This document shows, in pieces, positions 61,901 through 64,000 of a DNA stretch of 64,000 bases. The DNA lies in assembly GCA_041657425.1 (NCBI GenBank), contig JBBABY010000004.1:1377-65376 (forward strand), in the 5' to 3' direction. Each line of letters starts with the position of its first letter. Position 1 is the stretch's first letter. The DNA comes from an archaeon (GTDB taxonomy: Archaea > Iainarchaeota > Iainarchaeia > Iainarchaeales > CSSED10-239). Under the pieces are notes generated by a model. The model was not told where the DNA came from. It saw nothing but the letters and a program-made list of their open reading frames with translations, and did no database searches. Made by a program: the position numbers and the translations under genes.

Positions 61901-64000
61901 TTGTTATCATTAACTGATAATGTTGTTGTGTCTCCATTTGGTTGAGTAATTATCATATTTTTAAATGTTAGTCCTTTGTCTAGATTTTTTATTTCTAATC
62001 TTGAATTACTATAGATTCTATCTTTATTATTATTGATTAAACCAAATTTTAATTTATAATTTTGCTGAGGAGTTGCTGTGTATTCGCTTACAACGTCTTC
62101 TCTTAAGTCTTCATCTAAGTTTGTAATGTTTAGACTAAAACAAAAATCATCAGAACATGCTTGTTCTTCTCCAATATTAAAGTTTTCTGTTTTATAAGTC
62201 ATATATTCTACTAAATCATTATTGGTTTGATCAACAGGATCATTTTCATATTCATCATCTTCATTATATCCAAAACCTAAATAACTAATACTTACTTCTT
62301 CGCCATATACTGCTTCATCTTTTACTTTTATGTCTGCAGTAACTGTATAAGCATTTGCATAATTCTTGCCGTAGATTTCATCAAATACTACTTTAAACCA
62401 TTTACTGTCTCCTTCTGTTATAGTATCTACGTCATCAACATTATCATATCCTTCTTCAGAACTATACTGAGTATATCTTGTAACTACTGCATTTGGAAGC
62501 TCTATTGATTTTATAAAAATACTATCATTTTCAAAATATGGAGTTGCTACAGAAGACTTAGAACCAGTTCTTACAATTGCTCCTAATTCTTGGAACTCTT
62601 CATCACTATCTCTATCTTGTGGAATTAATAATAAGAATTTTGCTTTGTATTCTCCACCTGCTCTCAAATCTTTATTTATCCTATTGCCTGTATCATTAAA
62701 GAAACCTAAAAATTCAATTTGTGGTTTTTGTAAAGCATTTACTTTAGGATATAATGTTACCTTTAATTCATTTGATTGATTTGGTTTGATATAAACATAC
62801 TCTGATTGAGTTATTCCTAAATTACTTGTAATATCAGAAACTACTGCATAAACTTCTGTATCTGAAACTAAATCTATAATCTCATAAGTCCCATCAACAT
62901 TAGCAAGGTCTCCACCATAGACTGATGTTCTTGAACTATATTTATCAAATAATATTATGTTTGCTCTTGGAACTGGTTCTCCGTCTTTATCAACTACGGA
63001 AATATTTAATGTGCCTTTAACAACTACAATTGGAATTTGAATGGTTTCAAAATCAACTGCATTTCTTACATCAAATACAAAATCTTCACTTGATCCAATT
63101 GATGCACCTCTGAATGCTTTTGCATAATAATTACCATTACTTACTCTAAATGTACAATTGCCATTGAAATCTGTTATTTTTGAATCATAGTCTGTTAAGA
63201 AACCAGTTTCAGAATCATATAATACAACTTGTGCATGACTAAATCCTTTTCCGGTTTCACTATTAACAACTCTTACGTTTAATGTTGCTGCTGTTAATGG
63301 AGTTACTAACTGTAAAGTTATTGTTGCTTGAGGAGTTGTTGGTACTGTTGCTATTGCTATAATATTATTTTGTGCACCAATCATATATCCTTCTTTTTCT
63401 GCAACTATTCTATAAATTTTATTTAAATTATAAACTGGAACTGTTGCAAAACCATTTGCGTCTGTTAAGAATCCGCTAGAAATTTCTGCATCTCCTTCTT
63501 TTAATTTTAAATAAACTCCCTCAATTGCCTGGCCATTTGCTTTCTTTACTTTCACTAAAATATATCCTGCTATTGATCTTGTTAAAATTACGGTTTGACT
63601 TGTTGTTCCTGTAACTGGGAAAGGCATTTCTGTAGAACCATATTCTGCATTTGATCTTGTATCTGTTACTCTTAAAGTATAATTACCGGTTTCCACACCT
63701 GTGATTGAACAAACACCTGTAACTGTTACACAATTTTTTCCTAAAATTGCAACACCGTTCTGATGTAAGCTTGCGGTTACTCCTGAAAGAGATTGACCAT
63801 CTCCTAATACTGTAATATAAACTGGATACGCTCCTTCAAAATTATTAACTTCTGCGATTAAATCTAAATTTAATGTGCTTTGGGTAATTGATCCGTCGTA
63901 TCTTGTTTGGTAACCTGGGATAATTATTGACTTTACTCTTAATTGACAAGCACTATCAGCTGTAACTTCTACAACTCCATTTTTTACATTAACTGGTCCT
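58963..64000 (-). CDS. Giant surface protein, 5'-truncated by the window edge (at least 1678 aa). It is equivalent to the N-terminal two-thirds of the 2476-aa paralog plus a Cys-rich/EPSAT tail.
   Basis: The frame stays open from the track's GTG (63696) to position 64000 in my own translation (GPVNVKNGVVEVTADSACQLRVKS...). CarboxypepD_reg-like repeats are present. There is colinear similarity to the 2476-aa protein (CSDDFCFSLN vs CSENFCISGQ, and others). The tail has an EGF-like Cys cluster and EPSAT/EPPAT repeats. Confidence 0.8.
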   Translation of the reverse strand, partial: GPVNVKNGVVEVTADSACQLRVKSIIIPGYQTRYDGSITQSTLNLDLIAEVNNFEGAYPVYITVLGDGQSLSGVTASLHQNGVAILGKNCVTVTGVCSITGVETGNYTLRVTDTRSNAEYGSTEMPFPVTGTTSQTVILTRSIAGYILVKVKKANGQAIEGVYLKLKEGDAEISSGFLTDANGFATVPVYNLNKIYRIVAEKEGYMIGAQNNIIAIATVPTTPQATITLQLVTPLTAATLNVRVVNSETGKGFSHAQVVLYDSETGFLTDYDSKITDFNGNCTFRVSNGNYYAKAFRGASIGSSEDFVFDVRNAVDFETIQIPIVVVKGTLNISVVDKDGEPVPRANIILFDKYSSRTSVYGGDLANVDGTYEIIDLVSDTEVYAVVSDITSNLGITQSEYVYIKPNQSNELKVTLYPKVNALQKPQIEFLGFFNDTGNRINKDLRAGGEYKAKFLLLIPQDRDSDEEFQELGAIVRTGSKSSVATPYFENDSIFIKSIELPNAVVTRYTQYSSEEGYDNVDDVDTITEGDSKWFKVVFDEIYGKNYANAYTVTADIKVKDEAVYGEEVSISYLGFGYNEDDEYENDPVDQTNNDLVEYMTYKTENFNIGEEQACSDDFCFSLNITNLDEDLREDVVSEYTATPQQNYKLKFGLINNNKDRIYSNSRLEIKNLDKGLTFKNMIITQPNGDTTTLSVNDNNSEYKVVVSQFNPHTTVSGEMQFVPILKGDRQFVLTFISDQRVIFTKLIVIHVLSDKTFTVKITPEVVPSGKNFNLQVEVKDTTSGIEVEGPVTVRVKDRFKRDLLASPVKVGTLGIASVNNVPGQESGNKVYVYVEAPEYETSITEIEVTENIFKITPIRLGVSLNVNTKTTENAKFTIENLSESELIIQSITFVGDDDQIDVIDVERVNASLAGYNEISIPGIDSSGDASADNYNNKQEIEARFFTSPRAESIKQLRNVPAKLVIRLRDRYNREYVWDAELPATLTVGFEGLMDNANCIGLSEIMWETTIVDYYADTQFNLKNNCAVGERPVPLNGGLSAKVEFEGNPLGVFTVNVGNRLVELSNGYYKNIYDTVDQEKLYNVNLKYTPVGRYTGDIKGKIIFRSVNATSAGNQEILSEYKFILHVVSLKDCYTISKKVLTAPETGTPDTFTIENKGCGSETVYRLSCDDCTGLVISPKESITVPATGSSEEIKVMSMGAMPGIYLVNVYSKVSGARGSERNVGKIRVEVRPVTQCLDLDRYEFDLYRYQYSENTGNEVTAKSFDTVNLINRCYGQTVKVEGSISSAARWKMAIFSGLRDGVFTGLATWGAQSMGDWMKSLFGLAKNLFTPAEVKDIAKSSGKSEKVAEAALEKAMKETTLSLALKSLEQDGLADSPSQELLKKKWCEQKGNEGKDGCPGYQAVAAVKPEAEKTDCNPACKSTENCISGKCEKGTLVGCPCLEGYDCVNGVCIANSSTDGAEKTIKELNLVIISLSATLESEIVRYNHPCTPLITAKNYLDGAKRYASMEFPDKKSIELNLADARKFMDSAATICVISVAEPSATEPSATEPSATEPSATEPSATEPPATEPPATEPPATEPPATEPTVSEQRIQEAISATTGAICDKNKKVGTTAENLFNVRPSGESQVYVCTDKTHYRYCYFGTDSSYPKNKWSAILSTTGTGHTILINACNQLN
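59236..59380 (-). repeat. 15-bp tandem repeat (9 full units plus a partial one) encoding (EPSAT)5(EPPAT)4.
   Basis: tggttctgttgctgg occurs 4 times, then tggttctgttgctga 5 times, then a partial unit. It lies in frame inside the giant CDS. Confidence 0.9.

Noticed and set aside
1-64000. A search for rRNA, CRISPR arrays, integrases, transposases and viral structural genes.
   Set aside because: None was recognised by eye. The only locally GC-richer islands are the four tRNAs, the twin hairpins and a coding segment at 32316..32470. The giant proteins lack capsid, portal or terminase-like signatures.

Overview
The window is very AT-rich by eye (G+C not computed), densely coded, and almost entirely transcribed on the minus strand. 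The gene content points to a small-genome archaeon, probably DPANN-like. Supporting genes are an ATP-dependent DNA ligase, an archaeal-type ProRS, Trm5/Taw2, a DUF63-like membrane protein, a KaiC-like ATPase, and pilin-like proteins with class III (KGQ) signal peptides. TATA-like boxes also sit about 25-28 nt upstream of start codons. This lineage call is an inference, and HU and a bacterial-looking compact AlaRS are also present. The left half (1-31.9 kb) mixes housekeeping genes with accessory modules. Housekeeping genes are hisS, proS, alaS, lig, scpA/scpB, trm5 and four tRNAs (Asn-GTT, Pro-TGG, His-GTG, Arg-GCG). Accessory modules are a RelE-like TA cassette flanked by 45-bp direct repeats, an AbiE-like wHTH/NTase pair, a PLD nuclease-like protein, a Fic protein, split AbrB ORFs, and type IV pilus-like components. 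The pilus-like components include a ferredoxin-fused ATPase and two pilin-like proteins, one a 1118-aa GLUG adhesin. The right half (about 32-64 kb, running off the window) is the standout. It is one co-oriented locus of eight secreted or membrane-anchored proteins totalling about 10,000 aa (2102, 680, 142, 2476, 634, 1490, 977 and at least 1678 aa). Four of them are paralogs sharing an uncharacterised Cys-containing C-terminal module, and one paralog appears split into two adjacent genes. No rRNA, CRISPR array, integrase or transposase was seen.
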